From Armatimonadota bacterium (GTDB taxonomy: Bacteria > Armatimonadota > SYMT01), in the NCBI GenBank assembly GCA_046292385.1, contig JBKBRF010000006.1:32001-96000 (forward strand): a stretch of DNA of 64,000 nucleotides. The letters are read 5' to 3'. Below are positions 30,108 to 39,109 of the stretch, piece after piece. The position numbers and the translations under genes are program-made. How positions within the stretch are numbered: position 1 is the first letter of the stretch; each line of letters opens with the position of its first letter. A model generated the notes under the pieces. That model was not told the DNA's origin. It saw nothing but the letters and a program-made list of their open reading frames with translations, and ran no database searches.

Positions 30108-31166
30108 ATGCGTTACATCCACCGGATCTACACCGCCGACCTGGGCCGCCGCCGCGAGAACGCGGAGATGCTGCCGCTCTTTGAGGACTGCATCGCCGAG
30201 CTGCCGGTGGAGGACGAAGAGCGGACGCGGCTTCGCGATTTCGTCCGGTTTCAACTGGTGGGGGAGCGGTCGCGCCGGAGCGTGGTGGAGGACTGGAAAG
30301 AACTGGACAGCTTCCAGCGCCGCGCCGGCGCCTTCGAGACGGGCGCGGCGGAGGCGCTCGACCGGCTGTGTGAGGAGATCGTCGCCGACGCCCGCGCCGC
30401 CGGAGTGGTGTTCGACGCCGTGATCACCACCACCGCCACCGGCAACCTGATGCCGGGGCTTAGCTACCGCGCGGCGCACCGGCTGGGCGACCGCGTCCGG
30501 CGCGACACGCTGATGTTCGACCTGGCGAACGTGGGATGCACCGGCAGCAGCAAGGCGCTGGCGCTGGTCCGCTCCCTCGCGGCGGAAGTGCGGCACGTGC
30601 TGCTGCTGGCGGTGGAGGTGCCGAGCACGCTTGCCGACCTGCGCTCCACCGATCCGGGCGCCTGGCAGGGGAACTGCACCTTCGGGGACGGAGCGGCCGC
30701 GCTCTGGATCTCCGGCGACTCGGAGCTCGGGCCGGAGGCGCTGGCGCTGGAGGACCTGCGGTATACGCAGCGCTCCGACACGGGGCTCGACCTCATCCGG
30801 TGGGCCTACCGGGACTACTACACCTTCGCGCTGGCGGACGAGAAGACGTTCGACCGTGACGTGCGGGAGTTCGTGGCTGAGACCCTCTCCGAAGCCGAAG
30901 CAGACTGGAAAGACGAGCCACGGTGGGCGATCCACCCCGCGGGGATCCTGCTCCTGATGCGGCTCTCGCGCAAGCTCGGGATTCCCCAGGAAGCGATCAA
31001 GCCTTCCGTGGCCCACTACCGGGAGCACAGCAACATGAGCAGCGCTAGCGTGCTCCACGTGCTGAAGCAAGTAGCGGCGGAGACGCCGCCCGGCTCCGCA
31101 ATCAACCTGCTGACGATGGGGGCCGGTTTCAACGTAGTGTATGGAAGAGTGCGGCGAGTCCGCTAG
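30108..31166 (+). CDS. Type III polyketide synthase / chalcone-synthase-like condensing enzyme
   Basis: Cys-His-Asn triad (NVGCTG, AIHPAG, SNMSS), plus FGDGAAA and GAGF. Start moved to the ATG at 30108 because the upstream extension is the repeat. Confidence 0.85.
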   Translation: MRYIHRIYTADLGRRRENAEMLPLFEDCIAELPVEDEERTRLRDFVRFQLVGERSRRSVVEDWKELDSFQRRAGAFETGAAEALDRLCEEIVADARAAGVVFDAVITTTATGNLMPGLSYRAAHRLGDRVRRDTLMFDLANVGCTGSSKALALVRSLAAEVRHVLLLAVEVPSTLADLRSTDPGAWQGNCTFGDGAAALWISGDSELGPEALALEDLRYTQRSDTGLDLIRWAYRDYYTFALADEKTFDRDVREFVAETLSEAEADWKDEPRWAIHPAGILLLMRLSRKLGIPQEAIKPSVAHYREHSNMSSASVLHVLKQVAAETPPGSAINLLTMGAGFNVVYGRVRRVR

Positions 31167-31179
31167 GGAGGCTAGGGCA

Positions 31180-31425
31180 TTGGGTCGAGAGCGCGTCCTG
31201 GAGATCATGAACGGCTATTTCGCGGAGAAGCAGCCTCCGCAGGTGCTCGCCACGCTGGAGCAGCAGTCGCCGAAGGAGCTGCTGAAGGAGAGCCTGGACG
31301 TGGTCGACTTCCTGCTCTACCTGGAGGAGGAGACCGGGTGCGAGATCGACGTCAACGCGCTGGGCGAGACGATCGTGAATCGCAACTTCGGCGAGCTTGC
31401 GGACGAGCTGGCGCGGCGGCTCTAG
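31180..31425 (+). CDS. Acyl carrier protein-like (divergent)
   Basis: Small acidic protein with LKESLDVVDFLLYLEEETG.EI, resembling ACP helix II (DSL is ESL here). A TTG start follows AGGGAGG; the alternative start is 31141. Confidence 0.7.
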   Translation: MGRERVLEIMNGYFAEKQPPQVLATLEQQSPKELLKESLDVVDFLLYLEEETGCEIDVNALGETIVNRNFGELADELARRL

Positions 31426-31620
31426 GCTGGAAAGGCGCAACGATTCGGGCCGGCCGGGGTCCTATGAGTCTGGCGTAGAGCACGCATTTCAGGGAAACTC
31501 AACCCACCCCGCCTGAGGGAGACCTCGCCAAAGCGGTTATCATAGAGTACGGGGCTCGTCTGCCCGGCGGCCGCCCGCTGTCCGCCCGCACGGCTCCGTC
31601 CGCAAGAGGTTCTGAAGCAG

Positions 31621-33063
31621 ATGATCAGCATCAAAGGCAATAAAGCACGGCTGTGTGATGGCATTACCCGCCGCGATTTTGTGCGCCTGGGGGCCATCGG
31701 CACCATGGGTCTCTCACTGCCCGCGCTGCTCCAGGCAGAGGCCGCCGCCAAGGAAGCGGCCCGCGCGGCGGGGAAGAGCTCGCCGCGTGAGAAGAACGTG
31801 ATCCTCTTCTTCCTGATGGGCGGGCAGTCCCAGCTCGACATGTGGGACATGAAGCCGAACGCGCCGGAGATGGTCCGCGGCGAGTTCAAGCCGATCAACA
31901 CCAGCGTGGACGGGATCCAGATCTGCGAGCACATGCCGGAGCTCGCCAAGCGAGCCCACAAGTTCACCATCATCCGGTCGATGACCCATCACGTGAAGAA
32001 CCACGCCCCGGCGGGGTACTTCGCTCTGACGGGCCACGTGCCGAAGCGGGACGTCAATAACTTCGGGCTCAACTTCGACGACTACCCGGCGGTCGGCTCC
32101 GTGCTCTCCCTGATGAAGCCGAGCACCCGGCCGGTGCCGTCGTACGTGCAGCTCTCGCCCTCGCTGGTGGGGGATACCGGCATCCAGATGCCGGGCTTCC
32201 ACGCCGGCGTGCTGAGCGCCAAGTACGACCCGCTGAAGGTGACGAACGACCCGAACGACCCCAGCTTCCAGGTGGAGGAGCTCTCCCTTCCGAACGGTGT
32301 GACCGACGACCGCTTCAAGGCGCGCCGGTCTCTGCTGCAGATCGTCGAGGACGAGTTCCCGCTGCTGGAGCAGTCGCCCGCGCTGGGGCGGATGGACAGC
32401 TTCTACCAGCGCGCCTTCAACATCGTCACCTCGCCGGAGGCGCGCAAGGCGTTCGACATCAACCAGGAGCCGCTGAAGCTGCGGGAGCGCTACGGCCGCA
32501 ACATCTACGCCCAGCAGCTTCTGCTGGCGCGCCGGCTGGTGGAGTCGGGGGTGCGCCTGGTGACGATCGTCTGGGGCGGCCCGATCAACGCGCCGCTCGA
32601 CTACTGGGACACGCACCAGGGCAACTTCCCCAAGCAGAAGGACAAGCTGATCCCGGTGTTCGACCAGTGCTACAGCGCGCTGATCGACGACCTGGAAGAC
32701 CGCGGCATGCTGGAGGACACGCTCGTCCTGGCGATGGGCGAGTTCGGCCGCACCCCGCGGGTGGGCCAGATCACCGCCAACGGCGGCACCGACAGCACCG
32801 GGCGCGATCACTGGCCGTTCTGCTACAGCATCACGCTCACCGGGGCCGGCATCCAGACCGGCCAGGTGATCGGCAAGAGCGACGAGACCACCTCCACCTA
32901 CGAGGAGCGGCCGGTCACGCCGCAGGACATGATCGCGACCATCTACCACGCACTGGGAGTGGATCACCACGCGGAGATGCACGACCAGTTGAACCGCCCG
33001 CTGCCGATCGTGCGGGACGGCTCGCCCGTTTACGAGCTCTGGGGCAGCCAGCCGAAGGCGTAG
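31621..33063 (+). CDS. DUF1501 domain protein
   Basis: TRRDFV, GGQSQLDMWDMKP, LLARRLVESGV, WDTH, GEFGRTP and GRDHWP. Confidence 0.92.
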   Translation: MISIKGNKARLCDGITRRDFVRLGAIGTMGLSLPALLQAEAAAKEAARAAGKSSPREKNVILFFLMGGQSQLDMWDMKPNAPEMVRGEFKPINTSVDGIQICEHMPELAKRAHKFTIIRSMTHHVKNHAPAGYFALTGHVPKRDVNNFGLNFDDYPAVGSVLSLMKPSTRPVPSYVQLSPSLVGDTGIQMPGFHAGVLSAKYDPLKVTNDPNDPSFQVEELSLPNGVTDDRFKARRSLLQIVEDEFPLLEQSPALGRMDSFYQRAFNIVTSPEARKAFDINQEPLKLRERYGRNIYAQQLLLARRLVESGVRLVTIVWGGPINAPLDYWDTHQGNFPKQKDKLIPVFDQCYSALIDDLEDRGMLEDTLVLAMGEFGRTPRVGQITANGGTDSTGRDHWPFCYSITLTGAGIQTGQVIGKSDETTSTYEERPVTPQDMIATIYHALGVDHHAEMHDQLNRPLPIVRDGSPVYELWGSQPKA

Positions 33064-33178
33064 CGGGCTGCCTTACCGATCCGGAGACGTGCCCGCGTCC
33101 CCTTCCAGGGCACGTCTCCCGCGGCTCTCCCCGCGGCCGGGCGGGCTCCCGCCCTCGAGAAGTCAGGTCTTTAGCGTT

Positions 33179-35716
33179 ATGATCGATTACCTGCTCCGTA
33201 CTCGTGGATTGCTCCTGGCAGCCGCCGCCCTGGCGCTGGGGGCCGCGGACACCGTCCAGGCGGCGCCTCGCAAGCCGGCGGCGCGCAAGCCCGCGGCCCG
33301 GAAGACCGCTGCCGCGAAACCGGCGCCGAAGCCGGCCGGTCCCCGGCTCCTGAAGGTGAGCGTCGCCCCGACCGAGCTCACGCTGGACGGGCCGCGCTCG
33401 GAGCAGGGCCTGGTGGTCACCGGCCACTACGCGGACGGCAGCGTGGCCGACGTGACCCGCGCCGCGAAGTTCCAGGTCGGCAACCCGCGCGCCGTGGCGG
33501 TCCGCCTGCACGAGAGCCGGCGGCTGGTCCGGCCGGTGGCGGACGGCAGCTCCAGGATCACGGTAACGGTTCCCGGCGCCGCTCCGGTCACGGTCTCCGC
33601 CAAAGTGCAGGAGACCGGCAAGCTCGCCCCCGTCTCCTTCAAGGACGAGGTGGTTCCCGCGCTCACCAAGCTCGGCTGCAGCATGGGCACGTGCCACGGC
33701 ACCCCCACCGGCAAGGGCGGCTTCCGCCTGAGCCTGCAGGGTTACGCGCCGGAGCTCGACTACCACACCCTGGCCCGCGAGGGAGTGCGGCGCATCAACA
33801 AGGCCGACCCGGGCCGCAGCCTGCTCCTCCTGAAGCCGCTGGCGGAGGTCCCGCACGCGGGCGGCAAGCGGCTCTACAAGGAGTACCCGGAGTTCGACGT
33901 GCTGGTCCGCTGGATCGCGGAGGGCGCCCATGAAGATCCGGAGCAGGCGCCGGAGCTGGTGAAGCTGGAGATCCTGCCGGAGCCGCGGCAACTCCTGCTT
34001 CCGAAGGCGGCGAAGCAGCAGGTGGAGGTGCGCGCGCACTTCTCCGACGGCTCCGTCCGCGACGTGACGCGCCTGACGAAGCTCGACACCAGTAATCCGG
34101 ACGCCGCCACGATCACCCGCGAAGGCCTGCTGGAGGGCGTGGAGCGCGGCGACATTGCGGTGCTGGCCCGCTACCAGCACATCCTCACCAGCTCCCGCGT
34201 CACCTTCCTGAAGAACGTCCCCGGCTTCAAGTGGAACGACCCGCAGCCGTTCAACTTCGTCGACCAGCACGTCTTCAACCGGCTGAAGCTGTTCCAGATC
34301 CCGACCAGCGACCTGGCGAGCGACCAGGAGTTCGTGCGCCGCGTCTACCTCGACAGCATCGGCCTGCTGCCGACCTCCGACGAGGTGCGCGCCTTCATGG
34401 CCGACAAGTCGCCGGACAAGCGCGCGAAGCTGATCGATCACCTCACGGAGCGCCCCGAGTTCGCCGACTACTGGGCGGTGAAGTGGGCCGACGTGCTGCG
34501 GATCCAGGACGAGACGCTCCAGAGCACCGGCGCGAAGCTGTTCCACCAGTGGGTGCGCGACAGTATCGCCGCCAACAAGCCGATGGACCAGTTCGTCCGG
34601 GAGATCGTGACGGCGACCGGGCCGAGCTTCTCCGTCGGACCGGCCAACTTCTTCCGGATGTCGGAGAAGCCCGAAGACATCGCCGAGGCAACCTCCCAGC
34701 TCTTCCTCGGCGTCCGGATGTCGTGCGCCAAGTGCCACAACCACCCGTTCGAGCGCTGGACCCAGGACGAGTACTACCAGCTGGCCGCCTTCTTCGCGCA
34801 GGTGGACCGCGGCCGCGGCAAGGGTAAGGACGAGGCGGTCATCGAGCTCGATCCGGAAGGCGAGGTGGAGCACCTGCGCACCGGTAAGGTGATGCAGCCG
34901 AAGCTCCTCGGCGCCGCGGTGGTCGACCTGCCGAAGGACCAAGACCGGCGCGTCGCTCTGGCCCAGTGGATGACCGGTAAGGACAACCCGTTCTTCGCCA
35001 AGGCGATGGTGAACCGCGCCTGGGCGAACATCATGGGCCGCGGCATCGTGGAGCCGATCGACGACTTCCGCGACTCCAACCCGCCGGTGAACGGCCCGCT
35101 CCTCGACGCGCTCGCCAAGGACTTCGTCGCCAGCGGCTTCGACTTCCGCCACCTGGTGCGGACGATCATGAAGTCGCGGAGCTACCAGCTCACCGCGAAG
35201 ACGGTGCCGCTGAACAAAGACGACCACACCTACTTCTCGCACGCGGAGGCGCGCCTGCTGACCGCGGAGCAGCTCCTCGACGCGATCAGCCAGGTGACCG
35301 CCGTCCCTGAGAAGTTCGAAGGTTATCCCGCCGGCACCCGCGCCATGCAGCTTGCCGGCACCGCCGCGCGGACTCCGTTCCTGAGAACGTTCGGCCGGCC
35401 GGACCGCAACCTCACCTGTGAGTGCGAGCGGGAGAAAGACCCCACGCTCTTCCAGGCGCTGGCGCTGATCAACGGCCGGGGCATCCACGCCAGGCTCACC
35501 AGCAGCGACGGCAGGGTGGCGGCGCTCGCCGGCTCCGACAAGCCGACCGACGCCATCGTGGAGGAGATGTATCTCACCACGCTCTCCCGCGTGCCGACCG
35601 CAAAGGAGAAGCGGGAGTGGGCCTCCCACTTCGGCAGGGCCGGGGACCGGCGCCAGGCGGTGGAAGACCTCACCTGGGTGCTGATCAATTCCAAGGAGTT
35701 CCTGTTCCGGTACTAA
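33179..35716 (+). CDS. DUF1549/DUF1553 (PSD1) protein with Ig-like domains and heme-type motifs
   Basis: Signal peptide, GCSMGTCHG, FVRRVYLD.IG, CAKCHNHPF, VNR.W...MGRG and L.AEQLLDAI. Confidence 0.9.
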   Translation: MIDYLLRTRGLLLAAAALALGAADTVQAAPRKPAARKPAARKTAAAKPAPKPAGPRLLKVSVAPTELTLDGPRSEQGLVVTGHYADGSVADVTRAAKFQVGNPRAVAVRLHESRRLVRPVADGSSRITVTVPGAAPVTVSAKVQETGKLAPVSFKDEVVPALTKLGCSMGTCHGTPTGKGGFRLSLQGYAPELDYHTLAREGVRRINKADPGRSLLLLKPLAEVPHAGGKRLYKEYPEFDVLVRWIAEGAHEDPEQAPELVKLEILPEPRQLLLPKAAKQQVEVRAHFSDGSVRDVTRLTKLDTSNPDAATITREGLLEGVERGDIAVLARYQHILTSSRVTFLKNVPGFKWNDPQPFNFVDQHVFNRLKLFQIPTSDLASDQEFVRRVYLDSIGLLPTSDEVRAFMADKSPDKRAKLIDHLTERPEFADYWAVKWADVLRIQDETLQSTGAKLFHQWVRDSIAANKPMDQFVREIVTATGPSFSVGPANFFRMSEKPEDIAEATSQLFLGVRMSCAKCHNHPFERWTQDEYYQLAAFFAQVDRGRGKGKDEAVIELDPEGEVEHLRTGKVMQPKLLGAAVVDLPKDQDRRVALAQWMTGKDNPFFAKAMVNRAWANIMGRGIVEPIDDFRDSNPPVNGPLLDALAKDFVASGFDFRHLVRTIMKSRSYQLTAKTVPLNKDDHTYFSHAEARLLTAEQLLDAISQVTAVPEKFEGYPAGTRAMQLAGTAARTPFLRTFGRPDRNLTCECEREKDPTLFQALALINGRGIHARLTSSDGRVAALAGSDKPTDAIVEEMYLTTLSRVPTAKEKREWASHFGRAGDRRQAVEDLTWVLINSKEFLFRY

Positions 35717-35779
35717 CCGGGACGGGCACTCCTACTCCTCGTTCTCCTACTCCAACGGCCGACCGGCATGGCGCGGGCG

Positions 35780-35835
35780 GTGTAAGAAAGGAAATGAGGG
35801 GATGAATTGGGGATGTGGGGAAGAGCCAGCCAGGT
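35780..35835 (+). repeat. Partial copy of GTGTAAGAAAGG/GGGGAT repeat
   Basis: GTGTAAGAAAGGAAATGAGGGGATGAATTGGGGATGTGGGG matches the starts at 29894 and 60967. Confidence 0.7.
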
Positions 35836-36040
35836 AGGCTGGCTCTTTTCTCGTCGCGCCAAGAAGAGCCCGAAGGGGGTACGGCCGTCTCCCGGAATGC
35901 GGCGCGTTACCCGCCAGGCCGCGAGGCACTGGAAGTACCTCGCTACTCGGCCTTCGGCCACGCGTCCGCCGGACGCCCACATTCGGATGCTCGGCTCGTC
36001 CTCACTCAACCTTCCACCCTGCCGGTTGGGGACAGGCAGA

Positions 36041-36108
36041 TCAGAAGCAGCCGCCCTCCGCTACGGAGGTTCGACTTTAGCCTTTAGCCTTCTGCCTTTA
36101 GCCTTAAG
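36041..36108 (-). repeat. Heptamer (AAGGCTA/AAGGCAG) repeat element
   Basis: Its reverse complement resembles 63480-63550 (AGGCAGAAGGCTAAAG..GTC(C)GAACC..TCCGT..GGGCGGC..TGCT). Confidence 0.6.
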
Positions 36109-37312
36109 GTCGGTTCCAGTAGATCTTCAGGTTGCGCGTGGCGCGGCCGGAGGCGACCAGGTCGATGCGTCCGTCGCCGTTCAGGTCGGCGGCGGTGAGG
36201 TCCTCGCACGCCATTCCGTCCTCGTCGATCGGCTTCTTCTCCCACGCCGTGCCGGCCGCGTCGGTGGGGACGTAAGCGGCCACGCCGACCTTTCCGGTGG
36301 CATCCTTGCCGCGCCATCCGATCAGCAGCTCGTCGCCGGGCTTGCCGTCGACGTCGGCGCACCAGACGCCGTGACCGTCCCGCAGCGTCGCGTCGAGCAC
36401 GCGGCGGTCCCAGAGCGGTCCCGCGCCCTCGGTGTAGACGACCACCTCGTTGCCGTGCCATGGCTCGATCGTGGCGAGGTAGCGCTTCCCGTTGGGAAGC
36501 TTGCCGAGCTTGATCTCGCTGCTTCCCCGCGGCGCCCGCGGGGACTCGTGCCCGCTGCCGAGCTTCGTCCGGCCCCACTTGCCGTCCGGGCCGCGGTCCA
36601 GCAGGAAGACCCCCTCGAACCCGGCGATCAGGATCTCCTCGGCGCGGTCGCCGTCCCACTGCACCGGCCAGAGGTTGTGGGTGACGTGGAGCGTGTCGTC
36701 GGCGATCTCCCGAGTCCACGGGTCTGTGGCCGGGTTCGCGGGGGGACGATAGACGACCACCCGCACCCCCGCGCCTTCGAACTCCGGCGCCTGGTTGCCG
36801 CGGCCGTGCAGGGGCACCATCACCAGCTCCTGCTTGCCGTCGCCGTCCACGTCGGCCCAGCGCATGCGGTGGACCGTCGGCTCCGGCTCCAGGTTCACCG
36901 GCTTCCAGGGCTGACGCGGGTCTTCCGGTCGCACCAGCCAGTGGACGCTGCCGCTTCCCACCGTGTCCGCTGGCTTCCAGAACGCGCCGAGCGCAAGCTC
37001 CGCGCGGCCGTCGCCGTCCAGGTCGGAGGCGGCGATGCAGACATTGTCTCGCGGCGTGGCGTCGCTCAGGATCGTGTGACGCTCCCAGGTCGGGTTCTGA
37101 TACCAGCGGACCTGGTTCTCATTCACCGCGATGATGTCCGGCTTGCCGTCGGCGTTCATGTCGGCCACCGTTACCGCGTAGCCGATGCTAAGCTCTGGAT
37201 CGATCGTCTGCGCCTCAAAACGGGGGAACGAGTCCTGGGCGGCGGTGAGGCTCGTGCCCACGCCGGCCAGCATCAGGGCGCCCAGGCTCCACTTGAAAGC
37301 GGTCCGCATCAA
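36104..37312 (-). CDS. Secreted FG-GAP/VCBS repeat beta-propeller protein
   Basis: Signal peptide and repeated D(M/L/V)xxDG motifs (ADMNADG, DLDGDG, DVDGDG, DLNGDG). Confidence 0.85.
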   Translation of the reverse strand: MMRTAFKWSLGALMLAGVGTSLTAAQDSFPRFEAQTIDPELSIGYAVTVADMNADGKPDIIAVNENQVRWYQNPTWERHTILSDATPRDNVCIAASDLDGDGRAELALGAFWKPADTVGSGSVHWLVRPEDPRQPWKPVNLEPEPTVHRMRWADVDGDGKQELVMVPLHGRGNQAPEFEGAGVRVVVYRPPANPATDPWTREIADDTLHVTHNLWPVQWDGDRAEEILIAGFEGVFLLDRGPDGKWGRTKLGSGHESPRAPRGSSEIKLGKLPNGKRYLATIEPWHGNEVVVYTEGAGPLWDRRVLDATLRDGHGVWCADVDGKPGDELLIGWRGKDATGKVGVAAYVPTDAAGTAWEKKPIDEDGMACEDLTAADLNGDGRIDLVASGRATRNLKIYWNRP

Positions 37313-38278
37313 TCACTCCTCTTCGAACCCGATCTCCTGTTCGATTTCCGCGTGCCGCGGCGTATCTCCTCGGGCACCTGAGCGGGACCGGAGCAGCGCC
37401 AGGTAGCGCTCCAGCTCGGGCGGGAGCGGCGACTCCATCTCCATCCGCGCGGAGGTGACCGGATGCGTAAAGACCAGGCGGAAGGCGTGGAGGAAGAGGC
37501 GGCCGAGCTCCGGCTCCGAACCGCGGCCGAACAGGTCGTCGCCGGCGATCGGGTGTCCGAAGTGCGCGCAGTGGAGGCGGAGCTGGTTGGTGCGCCCGGT
37601 CACCGGCTCCAGCTCCAGCAGCGTGTGCTCCGGGAGCCGCTCCACAACTCGCCAGCGGGTGTGCGCGGGCCGGCCGGTCTCCCGGATGCCCCACTTCGGG
37701 AACGCCTCCGGATCCGAGCCGATCGGCGCCTCCCACTCCCCGGCCTCACCCTCCGGCGCCCCATGGACGAGCGCCAGGTAGCGCTTCTCCACCTGCTTCT
37801 GCTGGAACTGCACCGTGAGCCGGGAGAGCGCGCGCTGGGTCTTCGCGATCACGATCAGGCCGGAAGTGGAGCGGTCGAGCCGGTGGACCATCCCCGGGCG
37901 GACCGGCGGCTCTGCCCCGCCCAGCACGTTGAAGTGGTGCGCCAGCGCGTTCGCCAGCGTCCCGGAGCGGTGCCGGCCGGCGGGGTGGACCACCATCCCG
38001 GCCGGCTTCTCCACCACCGCCAGCGCGTCGTCCTCGAAGTAGATCCGCAGCGGGATCTCCTCGGGAGTCATCGCGCTCTGCTCGTCCAGGTCGAGCTCCG
38101 CCGTCACCAGGTCGCCGGCCGAGACCCGCCAGCCCGCCGGACGGGGGAGGCCGTTCACGCGGACCTCTTCCCGGTCGAGCGCCAGGCGCAGCCGCATCCG
38201 GCTGAGACCCGGTATCCGCGCGCTCAGCACCCGGTCCAGCCGCTCCGTGTCCTCTCGCGGGCTCACTTCGAAGCGCAT
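37313..38278 (-). CDS. RluA/RluD family pseudouridine synthase
   Basis: S4 domain, KPAGMVVHP, VHRLDRSTSG, TGRTNQLR and LHA. Confidence 0.95.
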   Translation of the reverse strand: MRFEVSPREDTERLDRVLSARIPGLSRMRLRLALDREEVRVNGLPRPAGWRVSAGDLVTAELDLDEQSAMTPEEIPLRIYFEDDALAVVEKPAGMVVHPAGRHRSGTLANALAHHFNVLGGAEPPVRPGMVHRLDRSTSGLIVIAKTQRALSRLTVQFQQKQVEKRYLALVHGAPEGEAGEWEAPIGSDPEAFPKWGIRETGRPAHTRWRVVERLPEHTLLELEPVTGRTNQLRLHCAHFGHPIAGDDLFGRGSEPELGRLFLHAFRLVFTHPVTSARMEMESPLPPELERYLALLRSRSGARGDTPRHAEIEQEIGFEEE

Positions 38279-38480
38279 TCACCCACACCTGGCCTCCCCC
38301 AATAGCCGCCCGGTCGCTCCTCCATCGGATAATCTCCCACCGCTCCACCCAAAGGGCTAACAACAATTCGCCTGCAAGGTGCACTATGGTAGAGTGGAGC
38401 CCGACCGCCGGTCGGCCCCCCTACCTTCCTATCCGGGGCGCCGAGAGCGCCTCGATCCCTCTCTTCCCAGGAGTCACACC

Positions 38481-39038
38481 GTGAAGCTTCGCGCTGGAAT
38501 CGCGGCGACCTGCGTGGTCGCCATCGCTGGACTATCGATCGCGGCGGGCGCCGCCCCGCGCCGGGATGATTCCGGCCTGCCCGTCGACGAGGTCAAGCGC
38601 GGCCTGAAGATCGCGCCGGTGCCGCTGAACCTCAAGGGCAAGAACAAGGCGCTCGTCGGCAAGGGCAGCTACATCGTCAACGCGCAGGGCGGCTGCAACG
38701 ACTGTCACACCAACCCGTCCTACGCACCGGGCGGCAACCCGTTCGCGGGCGAGCCGGAGCAGATCAACGCGGATCACTACCTCGCCGGCGGGCAGCAGTT
38801 CGGGCCGTTCGTCTCCCGGAACCTGACGCCGGACGAGCAGGGTCGCCCCGCGGGGATGACGTTCAAGGAGTTCAAGCAGGTCCTCCGCACCGGTAAGGAC
38901 CTGAGCGGCACGACCCTGCAGGTGATGCCGTGGCCGGTCTACGGCAAGATGACCGACAAAGACCTGCGCGCGGTGTACGAGTACCTCCGCGCCATTCCGC
39001 CGGCTCAGCCCGGCACCACGCCTCCGCCGGCCGAGTAA
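38481..39038 (+). CDS. Exported monoheme cytochrome c
   Basis: GTG start after AGGAG, signal peptide, CNDCH, NLTPD and MPW. Confidence 0.85.
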   Translation: MKLRAGIAATCVVAIAGLSIAAGAAPRRDDSGLPVDEVKRGLKIAPVPLNLKGKNKALVGKGSYIVNAQGGCNDCHTNPSYAPGGNPFAGEPEQINADHYLAGGQQFGPFVSRNLTPDEQGRPAGMTFKEFKQVLRTGKDLSGTTLQVMPWPVYGKMTDKDLRAVYEYLRAIPPAQPGTTPPPAE

Positions 39039-39064
39039 CACGCAGCGATTACCGGCCAGCCAGA

Positions 39065-39100
39065 GAACGGGGAGGGTGCCGCGGAGCGCCCTCCCCGTTC
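39065..39100. terminator. Hairpin between convergent cytochrome genes
   Basis: GAACGGGGAGGGTGC-cgcgga-GCGCCCTCCCCGTTC followed by ATTTTT. Confidence 0.55.
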
Positions 39101-39109
39101 CGGATTTTT

